Of a stretch of DNA of 64,000 bases, positions 38,064 to 48,078 are shown one piece after another (position 1 is the stretch's first letter; each line of letters opens with the position of its first letter). Source of the stretch: an uncultured Candidatus Saccharibacteria bacterium (GTDB lineage Bacteria > Patescibacteriota > Minisyncoccia > Phycocordibacterales > UBA2163); the NCBI GenBank assembly GCA_964626705.1, contig CAZVGL010000001.1, positions 4,441 to 68,440 on the forward strand, in the 5' to 3' direction. The translations under genes and the position numbers were made by a program. The notes beneath the pieces were generated by a model. That model made no database searches and was not told the origin of the DNA. It saw only the letters and a program-made list of their open reading frames with translations.

Positions 38064-38346
38064 AGATTTATTCTATCAGATGTTACATATGAAACATAAA
38101 TTATTTATTTAATAATGTTTCACGTGAAACGTTATTAAATACAGTAATAATGTCTATTAAATGACCTTTTAGTTCAATATAGCCTTGGTATAAGCCATAT
38201 TTTGTAAAAAGACATGAAAATTGTTTAATAGCCACTTTTGTCCGTTATGCACATGTCCCCAGTTTTATCCACAGTTATACACATAAATGTGTATATTCTT
38301 ACTTAAATTTAAAAGACTTAAAGTACAGACTGTTAAGGACTTTTAT

Positions 38347-38420
38347 TGGTGCGGATAGAGAGAATCGAACTCTCGTTTCATCCTTGGCAAGGACGTGTTC
38401 TACCACTAAACTATACCCGC
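38347..38420 (-). tRNA. tRNA-Gly (anticodon GCC)
   Basis: GCGGGTATAGTTTAGTGGTAGAACACGTCCTTGCCAAGGATG...GAGAGTTCGATTCTCTC...CCA. The CCA is encoded. Confidence 0.85.
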
Positions 38421-38464
38421 AATATGTTCATTATATATTTTTTATTGTCTTATTCCAAATATTG

Positions 38465-38536
38465 TGCACCCGCCAGGATTCGAACCTGGAACAGCCGCTT
38501 CGAAGGCGGATATGATATCCGTTTCACTACGGGTGC
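38465..38536 (-). tRNA. tRNA-Arg (anticodon TCG)
   Basis: GCACCCGTAGTGAAACGGATATCAT...CTTCGAA...CCAGGTTCGAATCCTGGCGGGTGCA. Perfect acceptor and T stems. Confidence 0.8.
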
Positions 38537-38598
38537 ATATCAAGATATTATATAGTATTTAATAGCAAAAACATAGAATCTATAATAAAATAGAACTA

Positions 38599-40077
38599 AT
38601 GCCAAAGACTGACAAATTTAACATACCAAAAGAGGTTTCACATGTAACAGGGAAGCTTGAAAACGCTGGTTTTGAGGCGTATATTGTTGGCGGTTGTGTC
38701 AGAGACTTGCTTATAGGTAGGGCGCCTAAGGATTGGGATGTAACAACAAGTGCGAAACCGGAAGACATAGAGAAGCTGTTTGAAAATACTTATTATAACA
38801 ACGACTACGGTACAGTTGGTGTAGTTAATGAAGACGTTTCAGATGAAACACTTAAAGTTGTAGAAGTTACGCCATACAGACTAGAGTCAGAATACTCAGA
38901 TGCCAGAAGACCAGACTCTGTAGAGTTTAGTGATTCTATCGAAGATGACCTTAAGAGACGTGACTTTACTATAAATGCGATCGCATACAGTGAAGGTAAG
39001 GGACAAATTATTGATTTGTATGAAGGTCAAAAGGACATAGAAAAGAAGATAGTCCGAGCAGTGGGGGACCCAAACGTGCGTTTTAATGAAGACGCTCTTA
39101 GAATATTACGTGCAATACGTATTTCAGCAGAATTAGGCTTTGAAATAGAAGAAAAAACTAAAGAAGCTATAAAAAAAGACGCTAAAATGCTTGAAAAGAT
39201 AGCAAAAGAGCGTATTAAAGATGAGTTTGTAAGGATTATTATGTCAGACAGACCTATGGAAAGTCTAGAATTAGCTCATGAAATGGCGGTTCTACAGTTT
39301 GTTGTGCCTGAGCTTGAGGAGGGAATTGGTGTTAATCAGAACCAAGCACATTCTTTTACTGTGTGGGAGCATAATCTAAGGGCGGTTAAGCATTCTGCAG
39401 AAAAAAAATATCCATTTGAGATAAGGTTGTCAGCACTTTTTCATGATATAGCAAAACCAGCAACAGCAAGGTGGTCTGACGAAAAGAAAGACTGGACGTT
39501 TCATGGACATGATGTAGTTGGTGGTAGGATGACAAAAAAAATATTAGAAAGATTGAAGTTTCCAAAGAAACAGATAGATAAAATAACAAAATTAGTACGT
39601 TGGCATTTGTTTTTCTCTGATACTGATCAGATAACACTCTCTGCTGTACGTAGAATGGTGAGAAACGTAGGGGAAGAGAATATATGGCACCTTATGGATG
39701 TAAGAGAGAGCGACAGGATAGGTATGGGTAGACCAAAGGCAAATCCATATAGACTTAGAAAGTATAAATCTATGATAGAAGAAGCTTTGAGAGCTCCAGT
39801 ATCTGTAAAGATGCTTAAGATTGACGGCGCTAGGATTATGGAGGTTACACATGAAACACCAGGACCTAAAATAGGCTTCATACTACATGCTTTATTGGAA
39901 GAAGTGCTTGATGATCCAAAGTTAAATACAGAGGAATATCTCGAAGAAACAGCTAAAAGCCTTATTAAATTAAGTGAAACAGAGCTTAAAAAGCTTGGTG
40001 AAAAGGGGAGAGACAAGAAGGAGGAGGTAGAAGAGAAAGAGATAGAGGGATTAAGAGGAAAACACTGGGTCAAATAA
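38599..40077 (+). CDS. cca: CCA-adding tRNA nucleotidyltransferase / poly(A) polymerase family with HD domain
   Basis: GGCVRDLLIG...DWDV...RRDFTINA head motifs plus a C-terminal HD domain (FHDIAKP...HDVVGG). Confidence 0.85.
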   Translation: MPKTDKFNIPKEVSHVTGKLENAGFEAYIVGGCVRDLLIGRAPKDWDVTTSAKPEDIEKLFENTYYNNDYGTVGVVNEDVSDETLKVVEVTPYRLESEYSDARRPDSVEFSDSIEDDLKRRDFTINAIAYSEGKGQIIDLYEGQKDIEKKIVRAVGDPNVRFNEDALRILRAIRISAELGFEIEEKTKEAIKKDAKMLEKIAKERIKDEFVRIIMSDRPMESLELAHEMAVLQFVVPELEEGIGVNQNQAHSFTVWEHNLRAVKHSAEKKYPFEIRLSALFHDIAKPATARWSDEKKDWTFHGHDVVGGRMTKKILERLKFPKKQIDKITKLVRWHLFFSDTDQITLSAVRRMVRNVGEENIWHLMDVRESDRIGMGRPKANPYRLRKYKSMIEEALRAPVSVKMLKIDGARIMEVTHETPGPKIGFILHALLEEVLDDPKLNTEEYLEETAKSLIKLSETELKKLGEKGRDKKEEVEEKEIEGLRGKHWVK

Positions 40078-40440
40078 AAAAAACACCTACATAGTGCCAT
40101 TAAACGTTAATGATACTGTGCAGATGTTTGATGTGGAGTATGACTTAAGAGAAGCCATAATGGATGTGTTGTGACTCTCGGGGAAAAGTCACGGATGTGG
40201 AAAGGAAAGTCGGTTTGTAATTCGTATTTACTATGTATGTATACATATCTTTTTTTACAAGAAAAGTTAAAAGATTGTGGATATATATACCACATACTTA
40301 AATGAATCCAAACTATTTAATTACGTGAAGGTACTGTAGGTCTGATTTAAGAATACCATCCCTAAGAGACATGTAAAGGACATACCTGTGGATAACTTCT
40401 AGAACAGTCTTTTAGGAAACATTTTTAATACAAAATATGT

Positions 40441-41208
40441 CTAAGAGAGTCTTATACCAGTGGGTGCATGGTCAGAGCCAAATATGTCCGTAAGGATAAA
40501 AGCGTCTTTTAGGTTTTTCTGTAGGTCAGAGCTTATGAAAAAGTAGTCGAGTCTCCAACCTACATTTCTGTCTCTTGACCTTGTTTTCATATCCCAATAG
40601 CTATATGCATCTTTCTTGTTTGGGTTAAGGTGTCTAAAGGTGTCTATATATCCGTGACGCACCACCTCGTCTATCCATTCGCGCTCTATAGGTAGAAAGC
40701 CAGTATTATCTCTATTTGCTTTTGGGCGTGCAAGATCTATTTCTGCATGTGCAGTATTTATATCACCGCAGAAGATAACTTTATGTCCGCTCTTATTTAT
40801 CTTCTCTATATATTCAAGAAAAGCATCATAAAACTCTAGTTTATACTTTAGTCTTTCATGTCCTTGGCCACCGTTAGGGAAGTAACCAGTCATAAGTACA
40901 AAATCTTTGAAGTATAAAGTTAAAAGTCTCCCTTCTTGATCAAGTTCTTCAATACCCATGCCGTACCGCACCTTTTCTGGTTTTACTTTGCTGTATATAG
41001 CCACACCACTGTATCCTTTTCTGGTTTTAGAGTAATCAAAGTATGAGAAATAACCTTTAATTTCACGAAGTTCGTCTGAGAGTTGGTCTGGATGAGCTTT
41101 TGTTTCTTGTAAGCAAAAAATATTCGGATTCTCTTTTAGGAAATCCTGCCAACCGTCTTTTTTAGACATTGCGCGTATTCCATTCACATTCCAAGATAGT
41201 ATTTTCAT
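40441..41208 (-). CDS. xth: exodeoxyribonuclease III
   Basis: MKILSWNVNGIRA... EEP nuclease motifs; 255 aa. Confidence 0.9.
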   Translation of the reverse strand: MKILSWNVNGIRAMSKKDGWQDFLKENPNIFCLQETKAHPDQLSDELREIKGYFSYFDYSKTRKGYSGVAIYSKVKPEKVRYGMGIEELDQEGRLLTLYFKDFVLMTGYFPNGGQGHERLKYKLEFYDAFLEYIEKINKSGHKVIFCGDINTAHAEIDLARPKANRDNTGFLPIEREWIDEVVRHGYIDTFRHLNPNKKDAYSYWDMKTRSRDRNVGWRLDYFFISSDLQKNLKDAFILTDIFGSDHAPTGIRLS

Positions 41209-41223
41209 GTTTTTATTGTAGCA

Positions 41224-42153
41224 TTATTTCTTACGGCCTTTTCCGTGGAAGGTTTTGTGTATATCACGTAAATGTTTGTCGGTAACGTGTGTATAGACTT
41301 GTGTGGTTGCTATGTTGGCATGTCCTAAAAGAGCTTGCACAGAGCGCAGATCTGCGCCGTTTTGTAGAAGGTCAGTTGCAAAGCTATGACGTACTATATG
41401 CGGTGTAACTTTCTTAGAGATACCAGCTTTTATAGCATAGTGTTTTACTATCCTTTCTACTGAGCGGGGAGAGAGACGTAAAGATTTAGAATTTGCTGTG
41501 TTTTTGCCAAGCTGTGCGAACATTGCATCATCCATGTCTTTTCTTTCTTTTAAATATGTTTTTATTGCACCTTTTGCATCGTCAGAAAGAAACACTACAC
41601 GCACTTTTTCGCCTTTACCACGTACTGAGAATTCATCCCTCTTTAGGTCGATGTCATTATTAAGTGAACAAAGCTCTGATACACGAAGTCCTGTAGAAAA
41701 TAGAAGTTCAAGCATGGCTTTGTCTCTGAGGCTCTTTAAATCACTGCCATTTGGTGCGGATAACAGTCTTTCAAGATCATCTGCAGATATAAGGTCAAGG
41801 TCACGCTCTGCAACTTTGGCTAATTCTATACGCTCGGGGGATAGGGAGTCTATTTCGCGTCGGCGTAAGAATTTAAGAAAGGCACGTAAGGCTATAAGAT
41901 AGTAGTTTTGAGTCTTCTTTTTTAAAGTATCTGCTATACCCTCTGTTATAACGCCACTTTCTTGGCGATTAAGCCAAAGACGGAACTTGCGCACTACTTC
42001 ATCTGTAATACCAGAAGGTTTCTTTATTTTAGTGAAATCAATAAAACGAGAGAGGTATCTGTCATAGTTGCTTATAGTCTTTAAGCTCCTACCTTTCTCT
42101 ATCTCAAGGTATTCAAGAAACTCTCGCTTTAATTGTTCCATATTTTGCGACAT
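41224..42153 (-). CDS. tyrosine recombinase XerC/XerD
   Basis: Catalytic region HIVRHSFATDLLQNGADLRSVQALLGHANIATTQVYTHV with an N-terminal SAM-like domain. Confidence 0.85.
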   Translation of the reverse strand: MSQNMEQLKREFLEYLEIEKGRSLKTISNYDRYLSRFIDFTKIKKPSGITDEVVRKFRLWLNRQESGVITEGIADTLKKKTQNYYLIALRAFLKFLRRREIDSLSPERIELAKVAERDLDLISADDLERLLSAPNGSDLKSLRDKAMLELLFSTGLRVSELCSLNNDIDLKRDEFSVRGKGEKVRVVFLSDDAKGAIKTYLKERKDMDDAMFAQLGKNTANSKSLRLSPRSVERIVKHYAIKAGISKKVTPHIVRHSFATDLLQNGADLRSVQALLGHANIATTQVYTHVTDKHLRDIHKTFHGKGRKK

Positions 42154-42297
42154 TAACTATATTGTAGCAGGGGAGTGAGTTTGGGAAAGGCTTGACAAGT
42201 GGTATTTAATATGGTAGACTGTTTGTAGTAATTCAATACATATTTATAGACGTATAAAGTCTTTTACTTCGTTTTTTAAAAAGAAAGAGGGGTTGTC

Positions 42298-42591
42298 ATG
42301 GATAAAGGTTTTCAGAACGCTTTAACAAGAATAAAAGAGGATGATATAAAGATTGAAGCAGTATATGAGCTTTTTTCTAAAATCACTTCAATGGAATTTG
42401 AAGAGATTGTAGCTGCTAAAAACACCATGGATTTGTTTCTAAAAGTCTCCAAAAATATCGGTGATGAAGAGAAGCAGATAATAAAGTCTGTTTTAGGGGC
42501 GCTTCAAGGTAGGTGCAGAGTCTTATTAAAGACTAATCTAGTTACTAAAGATGTTGTAACTGCTGCATGTGGTTGTTTCTGGGGTATGTAA
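42298..42591 (+). CDS. hypothetical protein
   Basis: 97-aa ORF with a GGGG ribosome-binding site. No family recognised. Confidence 0.45.
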   Translation: MDKGFQNALTRIKEDDIKIEAVYELFSKITSMEFEEIVAAKNTMDLFLKVSKNIGDEEKQIIKSVLGALQGRCRVLLKTNLVTKDVVTAACGCFWGM

Positions 42592-42617
42592 GTATGAGTA
42601 AATTAATCTAATATAAA

Positions 42618-42672
42618 CCAGTCTAGTAGTGTTATTTACACGAACGGCTGGTTTTTCTTTTTTGAAACTTTA
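42618..42672 (+). terminator. rho-independent terminator
   Basis: AACCAG...CTGGTT stem followed by TTTCTTTTTT. Confidence 0.55.
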
Positions 42673-42761
42673 TTTTTTTGTTAGCTCTGCTTCGTAGTCT
42701 TTTTCTGCATAAAATCAAATTTTCGCTTTGTAGCCGCTCACACTTGTGAGGGATGCAGACA

Positions 42762-42890
42762 AAGGTCTTTCTTCGGCGAAACGAAGTGGAGCGGAGGAGA
42801 GTCCTTGTGTCAAATTCCGTATTTACTCCACCAAGGTCTCACCTTTCCCGTCGCTGTCACTCCTCCTCAAGGAAAGACCTTTTTCCGCGA
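42762..42890. repeat. composite copy (two adjacent units) of the dispersed palindromic repeat (R6)
   Basis: aaggtctttcttcggcgaaacgaagtggagcggaggagagtccttgtg plus ccaaggtctcacctttcccgtcgctgtcactcctcctcaaggaaagacctt. Confidence 0.7.
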
Positions 42891-42932
42891 ATACTTGCAA
42901 AAAGTGTAGTTTTCTGCTATTATATACAGGTT

Positions 42933-43199
42933 ATGCTTACGAAGAAAAAGAAAGAAAAAACAATAAAAGAGACGCAAGTTCATGATAAAGACACAGGATC
43001 TCCTGAAGTGCAGGTTTCTATCCTTACAAAACGGATCACTGAACTTACAAAACACCTCAAAAAAAACAACAAAGACAAGCACCCACGCCGAGGGCTTTTA
43101 GGTATGGTTGCTGCTCGTAGGACACATCTAAAGTATTTAGAGAAAAAGGATAAAAAGCGATACAGTGCTGTTATCAAAAAACTTGGTTTGAAGAAATAG
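42933..43199 (+). CDS. rpsO: 30S ribosomal protein S15
   Basis: [63 protein letters not shown]... The track ORF (42753) is a spurious upstream extension across the repeat. Confidence 0.9.
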   Translation: MLTKKKKEKTIKETQVHDKDTGSPEVQVSILTKRITELTKHLKKNNKDKHPRRGLLGMVAARRTHLKYLEKKDKKRYSAVIKKLGLKK

Positions 43200-43267
43200 T
43201 CGCTCCTTTCTCGCGACTTGCTCTTTGGCTATTTTTCAATAATAATTAAGTATGACGGTGAGTATTT

Positions 43268-43327
43268 TTCGCTCCTTAAGGTCTCACCTCTCTCTACGAG
43301 GCGAGGAAAGACCTTTTCCTGCGAAAC
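43268..43327. repeat. dispersed palindromic intergenic repeat, copy R7
   Basis: ttcgctccttaaggtctcacctctctctacgaggcgaggaaagacctt. Confidence 0.7.
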
Positions 43328-43360
43328 TACATTTATTTATTTTAATTAAACATTTTTAAT

Positions 43361-43879
43361 ATGTCAGTTATAAAACACAAAAACCAACGCGTTGGGATTT
43401 TCATAGATACACAAAACCTATATCACAGCGCTAAGAATTTATATAAATCAAAAGTAAACTTCGGCAACGTCATTAAGGACGCGCTCGCAGGTCGCGATCT
43501 TATACGTGCAAGTGCATATGTGGTTACTACAGAGTCTGGAGAAGAGTCTAGTTTTTTTGAAGCTATGGGAAAACTCGGTATTGAGATAAAAAGTAAAGAA
43601 CTGCAAGTGTTCTTTGGTGGTGCTAAGAAAGCAGACTGGGATGTAGGTATAGCTATAGATGCAGTTTCTATGGCTGCAAAGCTAGACGCTGTAATACTTG
43701 CAACGGGAGACGGCGACTTCATACCACTTGTTGAATACCTAAAAATGAAAGAAGGTTGTCAGGTAGAAGTTATCTCTTTTGGTAAATCATCTTCAAGTAA
43801 ACTTCGTGAAGCATCAGATGATTTTATAGATATGTGCGACAATCCAAAAAGATACTTAATGGGATATAGAGGACGATAG
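43361..43879 (+). CDS. NYN-domain (LabA/PIN-like) putative RNase
   Basis: VGIFIDTQNLYHSA...ILATGDGDF matches NYN/LabA motifs. Confidence 0.7.
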   Translation: MSVIKHKNQRVGIFIDTQNLYHSAKNLYKSKVNFGNVIKDALAGRDLIRASAYVVTTESGEESSFFEAMGKLGIEIKSKELQVFFGGAKKADWDVGIAIDAVSMAAKLDAVILATGDGDFIPLVEYLKMKEGCQVEVISFGKSSSSKLREASDDFIDMCDNPKRYLMGYRGR

Positions 43880-43931
43880 ATATCAAGTCGATTAAATTGA
43901 AAAATGGTGCGCGTCTGTTAGAATTAGAATA

Positions 43932-45326
43932 ATGGATGAAAAAAATATAAACTCAGAAGAATCTAAAGTTCAATATCAGACACCAGAAGATAATGCACCT
44001 GAGAATCTACCAGGTGTTGAGGTTACTAATGTTGATGAAACAACACAGCTTATCTCTCCGCAGGCTCCTACACCAACACCACCTACGTCCGAGCCAAAAA
44101 TAGAGGCAGAGATAAAAACAGAAACTCCTTCAGATAAAAAAGCTCCAAACTTTTATGAACTATACGAAGATAAAAATGCTTTAGACGCAAAACTTCAAGA
44201 GGATCTACAGAAAGAGATAAATAGTGAAGTAGAAGAGGCCTTTAAGCCAGAAGTAGATCTCGAATCAGATAAAGAGGGCATAGTTACACCACAAAAAGAT
44301 CTCGAAGAAGATGTATATAAAATAGAAGAAAAACCAGAGCCATCTGTAAGTGAGATAAAACCACAAGAAATAAAACCTCTTCCAGATGAAGATAAACAGC
44401 AGAGTAAGGTAGAAGAAACCAAGCTAAAGTCATTGCGTACATATAAAGGAGACCTTGAGAAAGTTATGGGTACAAAATCTGGGTCTTTGGTTGGTATTGC
44501 ATCTGCAGAAAGCAAGAGGCGTTATAGTGGTAAAAAAGCTGCATCGACACCTTATGGTAAAGCAAAAAAGTCTAAAAAAGGATTTGGAAAAAAAGTTGGT
44601 ATCATTATTTTAATAACAATCCTTGTTGTCTTGGGCATAGGGTCAATGTTTTATTTTTATGGAAAAAGTAATCCAGGTATAGTAGAGTCTGGTTTTAAAA
44701 TACAATCAATTATATTTGCAGACGACAATTCAGAATTCAATATAACAGATTTATCAAGAAGGCAGATCTTAAACGAATTAGCTTCGGCCAAAGTTAGTAC
44801 ACAGCTATCTATAGGACGTATTAATAATGTTGTTATAACAAAATCTTTTCTAAATGAGATAGGTGAAGAAAAGAAAACCTTAGCTGGTACGAAGGATTTT
44901 TTAAATGCAATCGACGCACAAGTACCCACGTCGTTTTTGCGCTCTCTTCAAACAAGCTTTATGGTAGGTGTCCACGTGTTTGATGGGAATCAGCCGTTTA
45001 TCATACTCAATACAAGTTTTTACGAGAATGCTTTTGTAGGGATGCTCGAATGGGAGAGGTCTATAAAAGAAGATCTGTCTCCATTTTTTGCAGAAAAAGA
45101 GATTGCTGTAAACACACTTGCACAAGTAGCTACAACAACAGAAATAAAAGTACTTACATTTAATGATTTGGTCTTAAAAAATAAAGACACTAGGGTTTTG
45201 AAAAATAAAAATGGAGATATTGTGCTTATCTATTCATTTATAGATAAGAATACTATCGTTATAACGACAAACGAACACACATTTAGTGAAGTTCTTACAA
45301 GGTATTCTTCTAGATCTGTTCGGTAA
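43932..45326 (+). CDS. hypothetical single-pass membrane protein with an acidic, Pro/Thr-rich N-terminal region
   Basis: 464 aa. TM segment VGIIILITILVVLGIGSMFYFY in the middle. Confidence 0.5.
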   Translation: MDEKNINSEESKVQYQTPEDNAPENLPGVEVTNVDETTQLISPQAPTPTPPTSEPKIEAEIKTETPSDKKAPNFYELYEDKNALDAKLQEDLQKEINSEVEEAFKPEVDLESDKEGIVTPQKDLEEDVYKIEEKPEPSVSEIKPQEIKPLPDEDKQQSKVEETKLKSLRTYKGDLEKVMGTKSGSLVGIASAESKRRYSGKKAASTPYGKAKKSKKGFGKKVGIIILITILVVLGIGSMFYFYGKSNPGIVESGFKIQSIIFADDNSEFNITDLSRRQILNELASAKVSTQLSIGRINNVVITKSFLNEIGEEKKTLAGTKDFLNAIDAQVPTSFLRSLQTSFMVGVHVFDGNQPFIILNTSFYENAFVGMLEWERSIKEDLSPFFAEKEIAVNTLAQVATTTEIKVLTFNDLVLKNKDTRVLKNKNGDIVLIYSFIDKNTIVITTNEHTFSEVLTRYSSRSVR

Positions 45327-45391
45327 AAAACAGGCTGTGCATCGATCGCTCCACTATTGAGTTAGCCAGAATTTGTTGGTATTATGTATAT

Positions 45392-45763
45392 ATGGAAACA
45401 ATAAATACACAACATTTTAAAGAAAAATTAGAAGAAGAATTAAAAGCCATTACAGAAGATCTGGAAAAAATAGCTAGGATTAACCCTTCAAATCACAATG
45501 ATTGGGAGCCTATTCCTGCAAATCTTGATATACAAGAAGCAGATAAGAATGAGGTTGCAGATAGGATAGAGGCATTTGAGAAAAACACAGCACAGGTTAA
45601 AGATCTTGAAATTAGATACAATGATATTAAGTATGCTCTGAAGAAGGTAGAAGATGACAAATACGGTATTTGTGAGGATACAGGAGAGCAAATACCTGTT
45701 GCGCGTCTTGAAGCAAACCCTGCTGCAAAAACTTGCGCAGAACATTTAGGACCAGAAGAATAA
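45392..45763 (+). CDS. DksA/TraR-family protein with a degenerate zinc finger
   Basis: N-terminal coiled coil plus a C-terminal YGICEDTGEQIPVARLEANPAAKTCAEH (DksA C4 finger with two Cys replaced). Confidence 0.65.
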   Translation: METINTQHFKEKLEEELKAITEDLEKIARINPSNHNDWEPIPANLDIQEADKNEVADRIEAFEKNTAQVKDLEIRYNDIKYALKKVEDDKYGICEDTGEQIPVARLEANPAAKTCAEHLGPEE

Positions 45764-45773
45764 TTTAAAAAAA

Positions 45774-45826
45774 CAAAACACCACCGAATTTGTAGAAACG
45801 AATTCGGTGGTGTTTTGTTTTTGCGC
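45774..45826 (+). terminator. rho-independent terminator
   Basis: AACACCACCGAATT...AATTCGGTGGTGTT plus a T-run. Confidence 0.7.
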
Positions 45827-45838
45827 TATACTTAATTA

Positions 45839-47386
45839 ATGAGTACAAAAAACTTTGCAAAAGTTTATAGTGCACAGACGACACTTTTGTCTGCGCGGAT
45901 TATAGATATAGAAGTAGATCTTTCAAAAGGGTTACATTCTTTTGCAGTTGTGGGACTCCCTGATAAAGCTGTGGAAGAATCTCGAGACAGGGTTTCTGCT
46001 GCTATAAAAAACTCAGATTTCAAATCGCCGAAAGCTAAGAATCAAAAAGTGGTTATCTCACTTGCTCCAGCTGATCTTAAAAAAGAAGGACCTGTGTTTG
46101 ATTTAGGGATAGCTCTCGCATATCTACTTTCTTGTGATGATATTAAATTTGATCCAGAGGGGAAACTTTTCTTGGGAGAGTTATCTCTCGATGGATATTT
46201 AAGAAAAATAAAAGGTGTGCTGCCGATAGTACTTGAGGCTAAAAAACAAGGTTTCGAAGAAGTTTTTTTGCCAAAAGAAAATGCCGAAGAAGGCGCACTG
46301 ATAGATGGTATTAAGATATATGGTGTTAATAGTCTAAAAGAAGTAATAGAGCACTTAGATGAAAAACAGATAGAAAACAAACTTATAGAACAAGAAAAGA
46401 AAACGGAAGTTAGGGTAGAAAAAGCAGACCATCTTATTGATTTTGGAGATATAAAAGGGCAGGAGAGAGCAAAACGCGGATTAGAAATAGCTGCAGCCGG
46501 TGGGCATAATATAGCCATGTACGGACCACCAGGGACAGGAAAGACAATGCTCGCAAAGGCTTTTTGTCATATACTTCCACCGCTTTGTTTTGACGACGCA
46601 CTTGAGACTACATCTATACATTCTATTGCAGGTACTTTAAATGAGACGCTTATGACTAAGCCTCCATTTAGGACTCCTCACCATACGTCATCACACGTGG
46701 CGATAGTTGGAGGTGGTGCTATACCAAAGCCAGGGGAGATAACACTAGCACATAGGGGCGTACTTTTCTTAGATGAATTCCCAGAGTTTGAACGAAGGGT
46801 TGTAGAAGCGCTTCGTCAGCCACTTGAAGACAGAGTGATAAGTATCTCACGTGCGAAAGGCACAGCACTTTTCCCTGCGAGTTTTATATTAGTAGCAGCG
46901 ATGAATCCGTGCCCATGTGGTAACCACGGAAGTCAGAGAAGGTGCATATGTTCAGCTGTAGCACTTGAGAGATATAAAAGAAAAATATCAGGTCCTATAA
47001 TAGATCGTATAGATATGTGGATCGAAGTTGCAAATATTTCTCACGAAAAGCTTTCAGAAAAGGGAAGTGGGTATAAAGAAAGTGAAGTGAAAAGAAAAAA
47101 CATCTCTCGTGCAAGAGAAATACAGAAACAGAGATTTGATGGAGTAAAAAGAAATATAAAAACAAATAGCGAGATGAATAGTAAAGACTTGTCACAGCTT
47201 GTTGAATTAAAAGAAGATGCACAAAAGAGTTTGAATACTGCTGCACACAATATGGACTTATCTCCACGTGCATATCACAGAGTCATCAAGCTCGCTCGTA
47301 CTATCGCAGACTTAGATGAAAGCGAAGATGTAAAAGAAGGTCATGTATTAGAAGCACTTCAGTATAGACCAAAGCAGGTAGAATAA
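45839..47386 (+). CDS. comM: YifB/ComM family Mg-chelatase-like AAA+ ATPase
   Basis: Lon-like N-terminal domain, Walker A YGPPGTGKTML, and a C-terminal ChlI domain; 515 aa. Confidence 0.85.
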   Translation: MSTKNFAKVYSAQTTLLSARIIDIEVDLSKGLHSFAVVGLPDKAVEESRDRVSAAIKNSDFKSPKAKNQKVVISLAPADLKKEGPVFDLGIALAYLLSCDDIKFDPEGKLFLGELSLDGYLRKIKGVLPIVLEAKKQGFEEVFLPKENAEEGALIDGIKIYGVNSLKEVIEHLDEKQIENKLIEQEKKTEVRVEKADHLIDFGDIKGQERAKRGLEIAAAGGHNIAMYGPPGTGKTMLAKAFCHILPPLCFDDALETTSIHSIAGTLNETLMTKPPFRTPHHTSSHVAIVGGGAIPKPGEITLAHRGVLFLDEFPEFERRVVEALRQPLEDRVISISRAKGTALFPASFILVAAMNPCPCGNHGSQRRCICSAVALERYKRKISGPIIDRIDMWIEVANISHEKLSEKGSGYKESEVKRKNISRAREIQKQRFDGVKRNIKTNSEMNSKDLSQLVELKEDAQKSLNTAAHNMDLSPRAYHRVIKLARTIADLDESEDVKEGHVLEALQYRPKQVE

Positions 47387-47461
47387 ATAGAATTTTAAAT
47401 AAAGTTTAAGCCGCATCAAAATGTTAATGATGCGGCTTCTGGTTGGTACTATCAAGGTGTT

Positions 47462-47992
47462 TTAATTAGCTACCGCCATGGACTCAGAAGTAATATTAGA
47501 GTTAGAATAAATACTTGAACTCTCACCACTTTCGTCAACAGAAGTAATGGCAAATTCTTCTTCTATACATATAGAAAATGAGCATTTGTGGCCATCAATG
47601 AGTCCACCAGTTTGCGTGCTAAACCCAATATTGCGCTCAGAAAGTTTTTTCTGTAAGGTGTATGTCTCTTCAAGCTTTTCTACATAAAACTCTTTTCTTG
47701 CACAGCCATTGTCAACTTCAAAATTAGTGCCGATGTTAGATGATGCGAGAATCTCTTGCATCAGTAAGATGTTAGAGGTCGGATGTATAGTAAACACCAC
47801 TCCAACGCCTCCATCTACAATAACTTCGAATGAAGTATCAATCCCAAGTTCTCCAAGAGCTTGGGTAGCCTTTTGTAATTGCCCATAAACCCAAGGGTTT
47901 ATCGTACGATTTTCTGTCTGAGCATATGCTTTAGATCCAAAAACTAAAACAACAATAATTAAAAAACTAAAAAGAACTTTTTTCGTATTCAT
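47462..47992 (-). CDS. secreted hypothetical protein
   Basis: 176 aa with a signal peptide (MNTKKVLFSFLIIVVLVFGSKAYAQ). Confidence 0.5.
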   Translation of the reverse strand: MNTKKVLFSFLIIVVLVFGSKAYAQTENRTINPWVYGQLQKATQALGELGIDTSFEVIVDGGVGVVFTIHPTSNILLMQEILASSNIGTNFEVDNGCARKEFYVEKLEETYTLQKKLSERNIGFSTQTGGLIDGHKCSFSICIEEEFAITSVDESGESSSIYSNSNITSESMAVAN

Positions 47993-48078
47993 AACAACCT
48001 CCTATAAATGTTGGTATAAAAATAAACTTACACTAGTAAGTATAACATAAGAACTACTATATTGTCAAGTATTAAATA

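Noticed and set aside
41224-42153. Tyrosine recombinase as a phage or island integrase marking a mobile element next to the tRNA cluster
   Set aside because: The N-terminal SAM-like domain and overall pattern fit chromosomal XerC/XerD. No direct repeat of a tRNA 3' end or phage genes were seen nearby.
42753-42932. Track ORF 42753..43199 (148 aa) as a long protein
   Set aside because: Only the last 88 aa (from 42933) are ribosomal protein S15. The upstream 60 codons read through the composite dispersed repeat and have no coding character.
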